From Planctomycetaceae bacterium (GTDB lineage: Bacteria > Planctomycetota > Planctomycetia > Pirellulales > Pirellulaceae): a stretch of DNA of 60,000 bases. Below are positions 18,366-28,693 of the stretch, piece by piece. A model generated the notes under the pieces. The model was given only the letters and a program-made list of their open reading frames with translations, did no database searches and was not told the origin of the DNA. The first letter of the stretch is position 1, and the number at the start of each line of letters is the position of its first letter. Location: positions 1 through 60,000 of the forward strand of contig PBNZ01000002.1 in assembly GCA_002723275.1 (NCBI GenBank). The letters are read 5' to 3'. The translations under genes and the position numbers were made by a program.

Positions 18366-18709
18366 TGAATATTCGAGTCAACGATACCGTCGAAGTACAA
18401 GTCGGGGACGACCGTGGAGTCCGTGGTAAGGTGCTGAGCATCAACTTCAAGACGGGCAAGCTTATCGTGGAAGGCGTAAACCGCGTTTACAAACACGTAC
18501 GACGCAGTCAACGTAACCCACAGGGTGGACGTCTCTCCAAGGAGATGCCGGTCCAGCTGTCCAACGTCCTGTTGGTTTGCGAAGCCTGTGGTAAGACAAC
18601 ACGAACGGGAGTTCGTTACCTGGATGACGGCAGCAAAGAACGTTGGTGCAAAAAGTGCGGTAAGGGCGATCAGATTGCTCCGCCCAAAGCGGCTTACGCA
18701 AAACAGTAG
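18365..18709 (+). CDS. rplX: 50S ribosomal protein L24 with C-terminal C4 zinc-ribbon extension
   Basis: The ATG at 18365 overlaps the rplN TGA (ATGA). The KOW-like core is present (VRVNDTVEVQVGDDRGVRGKVL). The C-terminus CEACGKTTRTGVRYLDDGSKERWCKKCG is a C-x2-C-x17-C-x2-C motif. Confidence 0.9.
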   Translation: MNIRVNDTVEVQVGDDRGVRGKVLSINFKTGKLIVEGVNRVYKHVRRSQRNPQGGRLSKEMPVQLSNVLLVCEACGKTTRTGVRYLDDGSKERWCKKCGKGDQIAPPKAAYAKQ

Positions 18710-18777
18710 ACGAGATCAAAACCGACAAAACAGAAGCCAATCCCAAGAAAGAGGCCATTGAGCCTCCCGAGTAAACG

Positions 18778-19347
18778 ATGGTTCCAAGACTGCAGGAAAA
18801 ATACGAATCGGAAGTACTGCCTGCTCTTAAAAAAGAGCTGAGTCAGGAAAATCGCCTAGCGTTACCTCGATTGCAAAAAATCGTGGTAAACATGGGCGTG
18901 GGCAGTGCAATCACCGAAAAGAAACATCTGGAAGACTCGATCGATGCACTCACCCAGATCACGGGCCAAAAGCCGATCGTGACCGAGGCGAGAAAAGCGA
19001 TCGCAGGTTTTCGACTTCGAGAAGGAATGCCGATCGGCTGCAAGGTGACTCTTCGCCGTCAGCGAATGTGGGAATTTCTCGATCGGCTCGTTTCGGTCGC
19101 CATTCCCCGTGTTCGTGACTTTCGAGGACTGAACCCGAAAGCCTTCGACGGCAACGGAAACTACAGCCTCGGCCTGGTCGAGCAGTTGGTTTTTCCGGAG
19201 TTGAATCCAGACAAGTTTATACGCGTTCAGGGCATGAACATCTCGTTCGTGACTTCCACCTCGAGTAACGACGAAGCTCGTCTGTTGCTCAAGCTGATGG
19301 GCATGCCGTTCCAACGTGATGATGATGAAGCGGCGGGCGCGGCCTGA
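18778..19347 (+). CDS. rplE: 50S ribosomal protein L5
   Basis: 189-aa ORF, canonical L5 (LQKIVVNMGVG...GFRLREGMPIGCKVTLR). Confidence 0.96.
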   Translation: MVPRLQEKYESEVLPALKKELSQENRLALPRLQKIVVNMGVGSAITEKKHLEDSIDALTQITGQKPIVTEARKAIAGFRLREGMPIGCKVTLRRQRMWEFLDRLVSVAIPRVRDFRGLNPKAFDGNGNYSLGLVEQLVFPELNPDKFIRVQGMNISFVTSTSSNDEARLLLKLMGMPFQRDDDEAAGAA

Positions 19348-19365
19348 CGCACAACCTAATCACCT

Positions 19366-19572
19366 GTGATATCAAGTGGGATACCGGTGGCGAGTAAATC
19401 AAAAATAGCGAAAGCCAAACGCGAACCGAAATTCTCAACCCGTCGCGAACGACGGTGCGGGATGTGTGGACGCCCTCGGGCCGTCTACCGAAAATTTGGG
19501 ATCTGCCGCATCTGTTTCCGGAAGCTGGCGGATCAAGGTGTCATTCCAGGTGTTCGCAAGGCGAGTTGGTAG
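19366..19572 (+). CDS. rpsN: 30S ribosomal protein S14 type Z (zinc-binding)
   Basis: ...[43 protein letters not shown] carries the CxxC...CxxC motif of short S14. The start could alternatively be GTG 19387. Confidence 0.92.
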   Translation: MISSGIPVASKSKIAKAKREPKFSTRRERRCGMCGRPRAVYRKFGICRICFRKLADQGVIPGVRKASW

Positions 19573-19588
19573 AGGGAACCAGACCGAT

Positions 19589-19984
19589 ATGATGACTGAC
19601 CCGATCGCCGATATGTTGACTCGTATCCGTAATGCGGTACGTGTCGAGCGGCCAAACGTTCTGGTGCCAAATTCCAAGGTCAAACGCGGTGTTGCCGAAG
19701 TGCTCAAACGCGAAGGCTACATCTGGGATTGGCGCGAGATCGAAGACAATCCGGCATCCCATCTGCAAATTGATTTGAAGTACGGCCCAAATGGTGAACG
19801 TGTACTCAGCACTGTGCGGCGGGTAAGCAAACCCGGTCGTCGCATTTACAGCCGTGCTAGAGATCTCCGTCCCGTCCTGAACGGCCTCGGTATCTCCGTG
19901 CTCAGCACAAGTCGCGGAGTTGTGAGTGACCGAGAAGCACGTCAGCGAAATCTGGGTGGAGAAGTTTTGTGTGAGGTTTGGTAA
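19589..19984 (+). CDS. rpsH: 30S ribosomal protein S8
   Basis: ORF 19466.. overextends upstream. The ATG at 19589 gives MMTDPIADMLTRIRNA..., the canonical S8 start. Confidence 0.95.
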   Translation: MMTDPIADMLTRIRNAVRVERPNVLVPNSKVKRGVAEVLKREGYIWDWREIEDNPASHLQIDLKYGPNGERVLSTVRRVSKPGRRIYSRARDLRPVLNGLGISVLSTSRGVVSDREARQRNLGGEVLCEVW

Positions 19985-20048
19985 CCGTACCCGCCTCAAC
20001 AAGATGGAATAGCCGAACAACCCTAAGTCGTAGAGAGAACGAGCTGAA

Positions 20049-20591
20049 ATGTCCCGAATCGGTAATAAGCCCGTCGTGATCCCGAGCGGCGTCAAAGTCG
20101 CCGTCGATGGACAAAATGTCTCCGTCGAAGGTCCGAAAGGCAAACTACAGCAGACCTTTCGTCCGGAAGTGAAGATCGCTTTGGATGATGACAGTAAACA
20201 TGTCGTCGTCTCGGTAGACTCTTCCGAACGTGAAGTCCGAGCCTTTCACGGCCTCACACGTTCGCTCATCCAGAATATGGTCGTCGGCGTCCAAGAAGGC
20301 TACGAAAAGAAATTAGAAGTTGTTGGGGTCGGCTACCTCGCCAGTATCTCTGGAGATACGCTCACCCTGCGAGTTGGATTCGCGAATGAAGTGGATAAGA
20401 AAATCCCCGCCTCGCTGAATGTCACCTGCCCCGACCAAAACCACATTGTCGTCCAGGGTTGTGATAAACAACTCGTCGGACAATTTGCCGCCGAAGTACG
20501 TGCCGTTCGAAAACCGGAACCCTATAAGGGTAAAGGAGTGCGGTACGACGGTGAACAAGTCAAAATCAAACCGGGTAAGGCAGCCACCTAA
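20049..20591 (+). CDS. rplF: 50S ribosomal protein L6
   Basis: [33 protein letters not shown] is canonical L6. Confidence 0.96.
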   Translation: MSRIGNKPVVIPSGVKVAVDGQNVSVEGPKGKLQQTFRPEVKIALDDDSKHVVVSVDSSEREVRAFHGLTRSLIQNMVVGVQEGYEKKLEVVGVGYLASISGDTLTLRVGFANEVDKKIPASLNVTCPDQNHIVVQGCDKQLVGQFAAEVRAVRKPEPYKGKGVRYDGEQVKIKPGKAAT

Positions 20592-20620
20592 CGGCCCGCC
20601 GGTCAGCGAGGATTGGAACC

Positions 20621-20989
20621 GTGAATCATCGAAAAGCCGTTGGACAAAGACGTATTCGACGCCGTTTTCGCATCCGCAAAAAACTGCGCGGTACCGCAGA
20701 ACGACCGCGGTTGACCGTCAATCGAACACTCAAACACATCTATTGCCAGGTCATCGACGACCACGAAGGCAGAACCCTCGTGGCGGCCAGTACCGCCGAG
20801 AAGGATTTGCGTGGAGAAATCAAGAATGGTGGCAATTGCGATGCAGCGTCCATCATCGGCAAGGCAATTGCTGAGCGTGCTTTGGCGGCTGGGATCAAAG
20901 CTGTGAGCCTCGACCGAGGCCATTGCAAATATCTCGGTCGTGTCGGAGCTCTGGCAGATGCCGTCCGTGAAGCAGGTGTGTCGGTTTAA
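20621..20989 (+). CDS. rplR: 50S ribosomal protein L18 (GTG start)
   Basis: 122-aa ORF with the L18 pattern ([18 protein letters not shown]...). Position in the spc operon. Confidence 0.92.
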   Translation: MNHRKAVGQRRIRRRFRIRKKLRGTAERPRLTVNRTLKHIYCQVIDDHEGRTLVAASTAEKDLRGEIKNGGNCDAASIIGKAIAERALAAGIKAVSLDRGHCKYLGRVGALADAVREAGVSV

Positions 20990-21062
20990 TTATATTTCAG
21001 CCGACTCGGTCGTTTTAGTCGAGTCGCGAACCAAACCATAACTTTCATTCGGAGTACTTGCC

Positions 21063-21587
21063 GTGGCGACAGCGAGCGGTGGCCGACAGCAACGAAATAA
21101 AAAAGACGAAGACAAGACTCGTGGCGCCTATGAAGAACGCGTCGTGAAGATCAAGCGGTGCGCCGCTGTGGTCAAAGGGGGTCGACGCTTTAGCTTCGCC
21201 GCCATGGTCGTCGTCGGTGATAAAGAAGGACGCGTGGGCTGGGGCTACGGTAAGGCCAATGAAGTTCCCCCAAGCGTTGAAAAGGCGGTCAAGCAGGCCA
21301 CCCGAAACATGATCAAGGTCCCAATTCAAGAAGGGACGATCCCCCACCAGATCAAAGGGCGTTGCGGAGCAGCTCGCGTAATGTTGGTTCCGGCTGGACC
21401 AGGTACCGGGGTAATCGCCGGCGATGCAGTTCGCGCCGTCTGCGAAGCGGCTGGAATTCGTGACATTCTAACCAAGAGCATGGGATCCAATAATTCAGTG
21501 TTGCTCGTCAAGGCAACCTTGCAAGCACTTCAAGAACTCAGGACTCAACAAGAAATCGAAGTCCTGCGTGGAGTTTCATTGTCATGA
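21063..21587 (+). CDS. rpsE: 30S ribosomal protein S5 (GTG start)
   Basis: [42 protein letters not shown] is canonical S5. Confidence 0.95.
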   Translation: MATASGGRQQRNKKDEDKTRGAYEERVVKIKRCAAVVKGGRRFSFAAMVVVGDKEGRVGWGYGKANEVPPSVEKAVKQATRNMIKVPIQEGTIPHQIKGRCGAARVMLVPAGPGTGVIAGDAVRAVCEAAGIRDILTKSMGSNNSVLLVKATLQALQELRTQQEIEVLRGVSLS

Positions 21588-22078
21588 GACTAGATCAGGT
21601 CCACCAAGGAATTAAGAAACACAAAAGGCGACGTCGTATTGGACGTGGACCGGGTTCGGGCCATGGAAAAACGAGCGGTCGTGGTCACAAAGGCCAGGGC
21701 TCTCGCGCCGGTTGGTCCCAGCATCCGACCTTTCAGGGCGGTGCGATGCCACTGGTTCGACGTGTTCCGAAACGCGGCTTCAATAATAAATGGGCCAAAA
21801 AGGTCGCTATCGTCAACGTCAGCGATCTTGAGGCAACATTTGAAGCTGGAGCTGAGGTTACGCCGGAGATTTTGAGCGGCACATCGCTGTTGGGTCATCG
21901 CTTCGATGAACTTAAAATCTTAGGTAACGGTGGCCTCACCAAAAAGCTCACGGTGTCGGCTCATCGATTTAGCCAATCTGCGGTCGAGAAAATCGAAAAG
22001 GCAGGTGGCCAAATCAATCGACTGTCCGGACCGACGCCTGTCGAGCAGAAGAAGAAACAAGCAAAGGCCAAGGAATAG
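21584..22078 (+). CDS. rplO: 50S ribosomal protein L15
   Basis: The ATG overlaps the rpsE stop (ATGA). L15 glycine/basic-rich N-terminus ([25 protein letters not shown]). No rpmD (L30) lies between rpsE and rplO. Confidence 0.95.
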   Translation: MRLDQVHQGIKKHKRRRRIGRGPGSGHGKTSGRGHKGQGSRAGWSQHPTFQGGAMPLVRRVPKRGFNNKWAKKVAIVNVSDLEATFEAGAEVTPEILSGTSLLGHRFDELKILGNGGLTKKLTVSAHRFSQSAVEKIEKAGGQINRLSGPTPVEQKKKQAKAKE

Positions 22079-22105
22079 GCTGCCTTCTTGTAAGGAAAAG
22101 CAGGT

Positions 22106-23470
22106 ATGTTTGAAAAACTGCGAGTTGTCTTCTCGATCCCCGAGTTGCGACAGAAAATATTTCTGACCCTCGGCTTGCTTGCGATCTATCGTATCGGTTG
22201 GCAGATCACTCTGCCGATGATTAACCAAGATGCGCTGGGCGGCTCCGGGGAGGCCTCGGGGGGCTTTGGCAGCATGGTTCAATACGCCGCTGTCTTCAGT
22301 GCTAGTAATCTTTCTCAGGCGACCATTTTCGGCCTTGGGATCATGCCCTATATCTCGGCATCGATTATTTTCCAGCTGCTGGGCAGTGTCTGGAAGCCGA
22401 TCGAAGAACTGCAAAAAGAAGGCGAGTCAGGTCGCAAGAAGATTAACGAGTACACTCGCTACGTGACCGTGATTCTGTGCCTCATTCAAAGCTGGTTCTA
22501 CGTCAAGCTATACGTCATGGGCGTCGACCCAAGCACGAACATGCCAACTCTCGTCGACCCCGACTTCTTGGGAGCCAACGGCAATCTTTCCTTCGGATGG
22601 CAGATCTGTGCAGTACTGACGATGACCTGCGGTACGATCTTCCTGATGTGGCTAGGTGAACAGATTGACGAATACGGAATCGGGAACGGCATCAGTCTGT
22701 TGATCATGGCGGGTATCCTAGCTCAGATGCCGGCAGCTGCATGGGATCTTTTAGGAGATCCCGACGTCTGGCAGCTTAACGGGTTTGGTGGCAACATCGG
22801 CATTGAAACGTTGGCAATCTTAGCCTGCTTATTTGTCACCGTGGTGTTCGGCGTCGTCTTCATCACTTTGGGACAACGTCGGATTCCGACGCAGAGTGCT
22901 AAACATGTGAGAGGCCGTCGAGTCTACGGTGGAACGCGACAATACTTGCCATTGAAAATCAACCAAGCCGGCGTCATGCCGATCATTTTCGCCAGTAGTT
23001 TATTGATGTTTCCGCAGATCATTTTTGAATGGCTGACTCAATTCGCCGCGTTTTTCGGTCCGGTTTCTCAGGCATTCGGAAGCGGTGCGTTTTTCTACAA
23101 TCTGCTTTATGTCGCTATGATTTACTTCTTTTGCTACTTCTGGACGGCGATTACCTTCAACCCGAAAGACATGGCAGAGAATTTGAAAAACTACGGTACC
23201 TTTATACCGGGGTATCGACCTGGCAAGCGAACTGCCGACTATCTCGAACGCGTGATGGTTCGTATCACTTACGTCGGTGCAGGTTTCCTTGCGTTGGTCG
23301 CGATCATTCCAACGATGATCACGAGTACACTTGGCGTCAGCTTTATGGTTGCCAGCTTCTACGGCGGTACGGGGCTTCTGATCGCAGTGAGTGTTGCGTT
23401 CGACTTGGTCCAGAAGATTGACAGTCACCTCGTGATGCGAAACTACCCTGGACTGCTTGAATCTTCATAA
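22106..23470 (+). CDS. secY: preprotein translocase subunit SecY
   Basis: 454-aa polytopic membrane protein at the end of the spc operon (GLGIMPYISASIIFQLL...). Confidence 0.96.
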   Translation: MFEKLRVVFSIPELRQKIFLTLGLLAIYRIGWQITLPMINQDALGGSGEASGGFGSMVQYAAVFSASNLSQATIFGLGIMPYISASIIFQLLGSVWKPIEELQKEGESGRKKINEYTRYVTVILCLIQSWFYVKLYVMGVDPSTNMPTLVDPDFLGANGNLSFGWQICAVLTMTCGTIFLMWLGEQIDEYGIGNGISLLIMAGILAQMPAAAWDLLGDPDVWQLNGFGGNIGIETLAILACLFVTVVFGVVFITLGQRRIPTQSAKHVRGRRVYGGTRQYLPLKINQAGVMPIIFASSLLMFPQIIFEWLTQFAAFFGPVSQAFGSGAFFYNLLYVAMIYFFCYFWTAITFNPKDMAENLKNYGTFIPGYRPGKRTADYLERVMVRITYVGAGFLALVAIIPTMITSTLGVSFMVASFYGGTGLLIAVSVAFDLVQKIDSHLVMRNYPGLLESS

Positions 23471-23515
23471 CGGTTGGGCGTCTTGCACGCCCAACCCCGA
23501 CGTGAGTGCGCCAAC

Positions 23516-24106
23516 ATGTTGGTCATCTTTGTGGGTCCACCGGGCACCGGAAAAGGTACTCAGTCAAAGCGACTGATTCGCTATCTGGATGCGGTCCATC
23601 TTTCCACGGGAGATATGTTGCGAGCTGAGATCGAGAAGGGTACGGAACTCGGCAAAAAGGCACGCACTTTCATGGATCAGGGCCAACTTGTGCCTTGTGA
23701 AATCATGGTCAACATGATTGCCACGCGACTTCAAGAGCTTCCCGTCGACGCCAATTTTCTGCTCGACGGTTTTCCTCGTACAATCCATCAAGCCGAAGAA
23801 CTCGATACGATGTTAGGCGAAATGGATCGCTGCATCGCTCATGTGTTCGCGTTGGAAACCGATCGTGACGAATTACGGAGAAGGCTGATCGAACGAGCTC
23901 GCGAAGAAGGTCGACCTGACGATACCCCCGAAACAGTCTCACGTCGCCTGGAAATCTATGACGCTCAGACCTCTCCGCTCATCGAATACTATCAAAAGTT
24001 ATCGTTACTGCGCGTGATCGACGGAATGGGAACACCGGATGAGGTGTTTGCGCGGATTGAACGAGCCTTGACCACGGATGGTAACTCTCCATCGTCTTCG
24101 AAGTAG
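23516..24106 (+). CDS. adk: adenylate kinase
   Basis: An internal ATG of ORF 23474.. gives [20 protein letters not shown], the P-loop NMP-kinase start. Confidence 0.92.
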   Translation: MLVIFVGPPGTGKGTQSKRLIRYLDAVHLSTGDMLRAEIEKGTELGKKARTFMDQGQLVPCEIMVNMIATRLQELPVDANFLLDGFPRTIHQAEELDTMLGEMDRCIAHVFALETDRDELRRRLIERAREEGRPDDTPETVSRRLEIYDAQTSPLIEYYQKLSLLRVIDGMGTPDEVFARIERALTTDGNSPSSSK

Positions 24107-24119
24107 TCCCGCTCCGTCC

Positions 24120-24911
24120 ATGCTCAACCTCCGTTCCAACCGCGAAATCAAGTTGATGCGCCAAGCAGGCCTGCTCGTCTGGCAAGCCCACCAGGCTGTC
24201 TCCCAACGGATTCGACCGGGAGTCACGACTCGCGAACTAGACCAGGCTGCGGAAGAGGTCTTTGCACGGGCAGAGGCGATTCCGCTATTTAAGGGCGTAC
24301 CCGGTCCGGTGCCTTTTCCTGCTGTCACCTGTACCTCTGTCAACGACGAGGTGGTCCATGGGATTCCAACCGACCGCCAACTCCAGGAAGGTGACATCGT
24401 CAGTGTCGATACCGGTTGCCAGATTGCAGGCTGGTGCGGTGACGCTGCCAAAACCTATCCGGTGGGTCGAGTGAGCGAAAAAACGCAACAGTTGCTCGAC
24501 TGTACCGCGGCCTCACTGGACCTGGCCATCGAACGCTTGGACAAGGACGCGACCTGGAGTCAGGTTGCCAAACAGCTGCAAGAGTATGTCGAATCATCCG
24601 GTTTTTCGGTGGTCACCAACTTTGTGGGACACGGGATTGGCCGTGAGATGCACGAGCCCCCGCAGGTCCCCAACTTTTACAGTCCATCGAGTGAGCGTGA
24701 GGATTTCCCACTCAAAACAGGGCTGGTGCTCGCCATCGAACCGATGGTCAACGCGGGCAGTCCTGAGGTGAAATGCCGGGAAGATCACTGGACTCAAGTC
24801 ACAGCAGACGGATCCTGGAGCGCTCATTTTGAGCACACCGTTGCCTTGACGTCGGATGGCCCGACTCGACTCACCGGCCCGCCGACAGACGAGGAATCCC
24901 TACCCGCCTGA
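24120..24911 (+). CDS. map: type I methionine aminopeptidase
   Basis: Internal ATG M15 of ORF 24078... Metal-ligand motifs are present ([16 protein letters not shown]; [13 protein letters not shown]; LAIEPM; FEHTV). Confidence 0.93.
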   Translation: MLNLRSNREIKLMRQAGLLVWQAHQAVSQRIRPGVTTRELDQAAEEVFARAEAIPLFKGVPGPVPFPAVTCTSVNDEVVHGIPTDRQLQEGDIVSVDTGCQIAGWCGDAAKTYPVGRVSEKTQQLLDCTAASLDLAIERLDKDATWSQVAKQLQEYVESSGFSVVTNFVGHGIGREMHEPPQVPNFYSPSSEREDFPLKTGLVLAIEPMVNAGSPEVKCREDHWTQVTADGSWSAHFEHTVALTSDGPTRLTGPPTDEESLPA

Positions 24912-25130
24912 TTGTCATTCGATCGGGGAATCGGGGGTCAGGGAACCCGAGCGAGGATAGTGGAAAAAGGCAGTGGACAGAAAAACTTGGGCTCATAGCG
25001 ATCGTTCCGATGAGAAACTCCAAGGCCAGCTCAGATCCGTTGGCAAAGGGGGTTTCCGGTGTTTCCAGAATTCCTTATACTGACGTGCTTCCAAATCGAC
25101 CAAAATCGAGACCCATAGCAGGACCTCGCC

Positions 25131-25244
25131 ATGAAAGTTCGCGCCAGCGTAAAGCGGATCTGCGAAAACTGCAAAGTGGTACGCCGTCGCGGACGCGTGT
25201 ACGTGATTTGCAATAACCCGCGGCATAAGCAACGCCAAGGTTAG
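25131..25244 (+). CDS. rpmJ: 50S ribosomal protein L36 (zinc-binding form)
   Basis: Found by hand, below the 60-aa ORF-track threshold. The ATG at 25131 gives [37 protein letters not shown], with a C-x2-C-x12-C-x4-H motif. Confidence 0.93.
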   Translation: MKVRASVKRICENCKVVRRRGRVYVICNNPRHKQRQG

Positions 25245-25358
25245 AAAACGCGTCTTCTGGACGCCGTGGTTTGTCGTTGTGCTGATTCAGACCGCGAACC
25301 GATTAATTGATTTAGTAGCTAGGAAAATAACCCTCGACGTTATGGAGTCGTAAACCAG

Positions 25359-25742
25359 ATGCCACGTATTCTCGGTGTAGACATTCCCAACGATCGCTCC
25401 ATCGCCGTATCGCTCACCTATCTGTACGGTGTGGGTCCGAAGACGGCACGTGAACTTTGCCACAAAGCGGGTATCCCAGGCACGAAAGCGGCCCGGGAAG
25501 TTGCCGAAGACGAGTTAGGTCGTCTCGCAGCTTTGCTGGAACGCGACTACACCGTCGAAGGTCCGTTACGTCGCCAACTTGCACAAAACGTATCTCGTCT
25601 TCGCGACATTGGCTGTTACCGAGGCCTGCGACATCGTCGCGGTTTACCAGTGCGAGGTCAGCGAACGCGAACAAACGCGCGAACCCGAAAGGGTCCGAAG
25701 AAAACAGTTGCCGGAAAGAAGGGCGTCAAGGACTTGCGTTAG
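25359..25742 (+). CDS. rpsM: 30S ribosomal protein S13
   Basis: MPRILGVDIPNDRSIAVSLTYLYGVGPKTAREL is canonical S13. Confidence 0.96.
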   Translation: MPRILGVDIPNDRSIAVSLTYLYGVGPKTARELCHKAGIPGTKAAREVAEDELGRLAALLERDYTVEGPLRRQLAQNVSRLRDIGCYRGLRHRRGLPVRGQRTRTNARTRKGPKKTVAGKKGVKDLR

Positions 25743-25832
25743 TCTGCGGTCGGTCTTTGAACCGCCTGCCGCTCAATCACCTAATAACAATAACATCCTT
25801 ACTTCGAAATTGCCTCTGGAGGTTTTTTCGCT

Positions 25833-26213
25833 GTGGCTAAAACCAAGAAACGTCGACAACGACGTAACGTGACGGTTGCGATTGCTTTTATCAAAGCAAC
25901 CTTCAACAACACAACGGTGACGATCACCGATACGAAGGGCGATACGCTCTGCTGGGCCAGTGCTGGTACCTGCGGTTTCAAGGGAAGCCGTAAGAGCACA
26001 CCCTTTGCAGGACAATGTGCCGCCCAACAGGCTGCCGAGAAGGCGCTCAAGTTTGGCGTCAAAGACATTGACGTTCGCGTCAACGGTCCTGGGTCGGGTC
26101 GCGAAAGCGCCATCACGGCTCTGCAATCGGCGGGTCTCAACGTGAAGTCGATGGAAGACTGCACGCCGATCCCGCACAACGGTTGCCGACCTCCAAAGAA
26201 ACGAAGAGTTTAG
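25833..26213 (+). CDS. rpsK: 30S ribosomal protein S11 (GTG start)
   Basis: ...[34 protein letters not shown] is canonical S11. CTGGAGG lies upstream. Confidence 0.95.
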   Translation: MAKTKKRRQRRNVTVAIAFIKATFNNTTVTITDTKGDTLCWASAGTCGFKGSRKSTPFAGQCAAQQAAEKALKFGVKDIDVRVNGPGSGRESAITALQSAGLNVKSMEDCTPIPHNGCRPPKKRRV

Positions 26214-26323
26214 TAATCGACTTCGCGAGCGACGGAACTGCCCAGCAGTCCTTCCTTCGTTTCAACTCGTTATTCCCAACAATATTCGCCGAGCTGATTT
26301 TGCGATATTAACGGAGGCATACA

Positions 26324-27304
26324 ATGCACATTCGGTGGCGTGGTCTCGAACTTCCTAGCGTCGTAAACTGTGAAACGGAAACGCTAACGAGAACCTATGG
26401 CAAGTTCTATGCAGAGCCGTTCGAACGAGGCTTTGGCTCGACAATCGGAAATAGCCTTCGACGTATTCTCCTATCGAGTCTCGAAGGAAGCGCAGTCACT
26501 CAGATCAAGATCCGTGGCGCTCACCACGAATTCACGACGATTGAAGGCGTGCTTGAAGATGTCACCGATATCGTGCTCAACGTCAAGTCGCTAGTGGTCA
26601 AGAAGCATACCGCGGAAACACGCGTCATCACCATCGACAAGGCAACCGCTGGCCCGGTTACCGGAGCAGACGTGCAAACCGATGCCGATATCGATGTGAT
26701 CAACAAGGACCTCGTGCTGGCGACACTCACCGCCGACGTCCCCTTCTTCATGGAAATGGTGGTCGAAAACGGTCGCGGCTATGTTCCGGCGAGTGAGCAC
26801 AGCACAACCGAACATGAAATTGGCGTGATTCCAATCGACGCCGTTTACAGCCCGATCACACGTGTTCGCTACGAGGTCGAAGAGACCCGTGTCGGCCAAA
26901 AAACCAACTACGACAAGCTCACCATGGAAATCTGGACCAACGGTTCGGTCGGACCCGAAATGGCGCTGGTCGAAGCCTCCAAGATCCTGCGAAAGCATCT
27001 GAACCCCTTCGTTCAGTACTCGCAACTGGGCGATAAAGTACACTCGCCCAACCGTGGCACGGGTGGCACCGATGTCGTGCTTGAAGGCAAGCTTGGCATG
27101 AGCCTCGCTGAGCTGAATCTTTCGGTCCGAGCTGGCAACTGCTTGGAATCCGAAGGCATCAACACCGTGCGAGATCTCGTCCAGCTAACCGAAGATCAAC
27201 TTCTTGAAGTTCGCAACTTTGGCGATACCACGCTCAATGAAGTTCGCGAACGACTGAACGAGTTGGGATTGCACCTGGGAATGCGAGTTCCTGCCGGCAG
27301 CTAA
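26324..27304 (+). CDS. rpoA: DNA-directed RNA polymerase subunit alpha
   Basis: 326-aa ORF preceded by ACGGAGG. The RpoA N-terminal domain and the C-terminal CTD ([29 protein letters not shown]) are present. rpsK is followed directly by rpoA with no rpsD between them. Confidence 0.96.
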   Translation: MHIRWRGLELPSVVNCETETLTRTYGKFYAEPFERGFGSTIGNSLRRILLSSLEGSAVTQIKIRGAHHEFTTIEGVLEDVTDIVLNVKSLVVKKHTAETRVITIDKATAGPVTGADVQTDADIDVINKDLVLATLTADVPFFMEMVVENGRGYVPASEHSTTEHEIGVIPIDAVYSPITRVRYEVEETRVGQKTNYDKLTMEIWTNGSVGPEMALVEASKILRKHLNPFVQYSQLGDKVHSPNRGTGGTDVVLEGKLGMSLAELNLSVRAGNCLESEGINTVRDLVQLTEDQLLEVRNFGDTTLNEVRERLNELGLHLGMRVPAGS

Positions 27305-27359
27305 CCGTCTCGAGTAAACAATCATTCATTAACTCAAACATCAAATAGCGGATAATTCG

Positions 27360-28025
27360 ATGCGTCACCGAAGAAAAGGTCGTCGACTGGGAAGATCCTC
27401 AAGCCATCGGAAGGCGATGTTGAAGAATTTGGCGAGCAGCCTGTTTTTGACCGAACGAGATGCGGAATTCGATGACAACGCACCGAAGGTCAAAGGTCGA
27501 GTTGTCACGACGGTTGAAAAAGCCAAAGAAGTGCGTCCTCTTGTTGAACGCTGCATCACCATCGCTCGACGATCTCTACAACACACCGAAGCGGCTCGCG
27601 AATTTCAAACCGATGCCAAACGCGGCTCGGAAGAATGGCGATCCTGGCGAGGAAGCGATCAGTGGCTTAAGTGGAATCAGACGATTGCTCCAGTGGTTGC
27701 CGCTCGACGTCGCGCACTCCAGATGCTGGGCGACAAACAAGCTGTCCAAATTCTGTTCGACGATATTGCACCACGCTTTGAAGATCGAGATGGCGGATAC
27801 ACTCGAATTCTCAAGCTGGCCTTTCCTCGACTCGGAGATGCAGGACGCCAAGCGATTCTTGAATTCGTAGGGACCAACGACCGCGTTTCCAAGGCCAGTG
27901 AAAAGCCTGTGTTCGATGATGATGACTCCGCTGATACGGTGACCGAAGAAACGGCCACCGATGATGCACCGGCTGAAGAAGTAGCCGAAGCAACAGCTGA
28001 GAAGAAAGACGAAGACAAAGAATAG
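27360..28025 (+). CDS. rplQ: 50S ribosomal protein L17 with internal/C-terminal extension (221 aa, acidic tail)
   Basis: MRHRRKGRRLGRSSSHRKAMLKNLASSLF is the canonical L17 start. The protein is ~90 aa longer than typical L17 and ends in a DDDDSADTVTEETATDDAPAEEVAEATAEKKDEDKE tail. Confidence 0.9.
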   Translation: MRHRRKGRRLGRSSSHRKAMLKNLASSLFLTERDAEFDDNAPKVKGRVVTTVEKAKEVRPLVERCITIARRSLQHTEAAREFQTDAKRGSEEWRSWRGSDQWLKWNQTIAPVVAARRRALQMLGDKQAVQILFDDIAPRFEDRDGGYTRILKLAFPRLGDAGRQAILEFVGTNDRVSKASEKPVFDDDDSADTVTEETATDDAPAEEVAEATAEKKDEDKE

Positions 28026-28076
28026 AGGGGTTTGTACCACCTCTTGTACGAACGGATTTGGACCAAGGGTTCCCGC

Positions 28077-28664
28077 ATGGACGCTCCCGGGTTCGACTTT
28101 ACCCGAGGGATTCGCAATGTGATCGAAGATATGATCGATCGCATTCCGGAATTATCCCACATCAATCTCGACCGCGTTGCCATCGCGTTCGCTCAGGCAC
28201 GTAACCGTTCGCGGTACGGAACTCACGCAACTCTGACACCCATGCGTTTCGAGGGCGGCCGGCTTACCACTCGCAAGCATGGACGCACGTACGCCGTTCA
28301 ACGGCTTTACAGTCCGGCGGGCGAAGAGATGCTCTACATCTTGACGTTCTATCTACCGCGCTTCATGGATGTCGACTTCAACGAAAAACTGGTCACCATT
28401 CTGCACGAACTTTGGCATATCAGTCCTGAATTCGATGGAGACATACGGCGACATCCCGGCCGCTGTTACGCCCATACGCATTCGCAAAAGGAATACGATG
28501 CGAAGATGCAGGTGTTCGTCGACCGTTGGCTCTCAAGTAACCCTCACGACGAGCTGATGAGATTTTTGCGATTGGACTTCGGAGAACTGAGCCACCGTCA
28601 TGGAAAGGTGATCGGCATCCGCATTCCGACTCCCAAGCTGATTGCCATCAATGCCTCAGTCTGA
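28077..28664 (+). CDS. uncharacterized HExxH-motif protein (putative zinc metallopeptidase-like)
   Basis: ORF 28032 begins with TTG. The first ATG at 28077 follows AAGGG. The motif TILHELWHISPEFDGDIRRH suggests a metal site. Lies 51 nt (or 6 nt with the TTG start) downstream of rplQ on the same strand. Confidence 0.55.
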   Translation: MDAPGFDFTRGIRNVIEDMIDRIPELSHINLDRVAIAFAQARNRSRYGTHATLTPMRFEGGRLTTRKHGRTYAVQRLYSPAGEEMLYILTFYLPRFMDVDFNEKLVTILHELWHISPEFDGDIRRHPGRCYAHTHSQKEYDAKMQVFVDRWLSSNPHDELMRFLRLDFGELSHRHGKVIGIRIPTPKLIAINASV

Positions 28665-28693
28665 TCATCTCTCAACCCGATGACCACTGAAAT

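Noticed and set aside
25010-25216. 68-aa + ORF where infA might be expected (between map and rpmJ)
   Set aside because: The translation (MRNSKASSDPLAKGVSG...) has no similarity to IF-1 (OB-fold, ...GKMRKNYIRI...). It overlaps the genuine rpmJ start in another frame.
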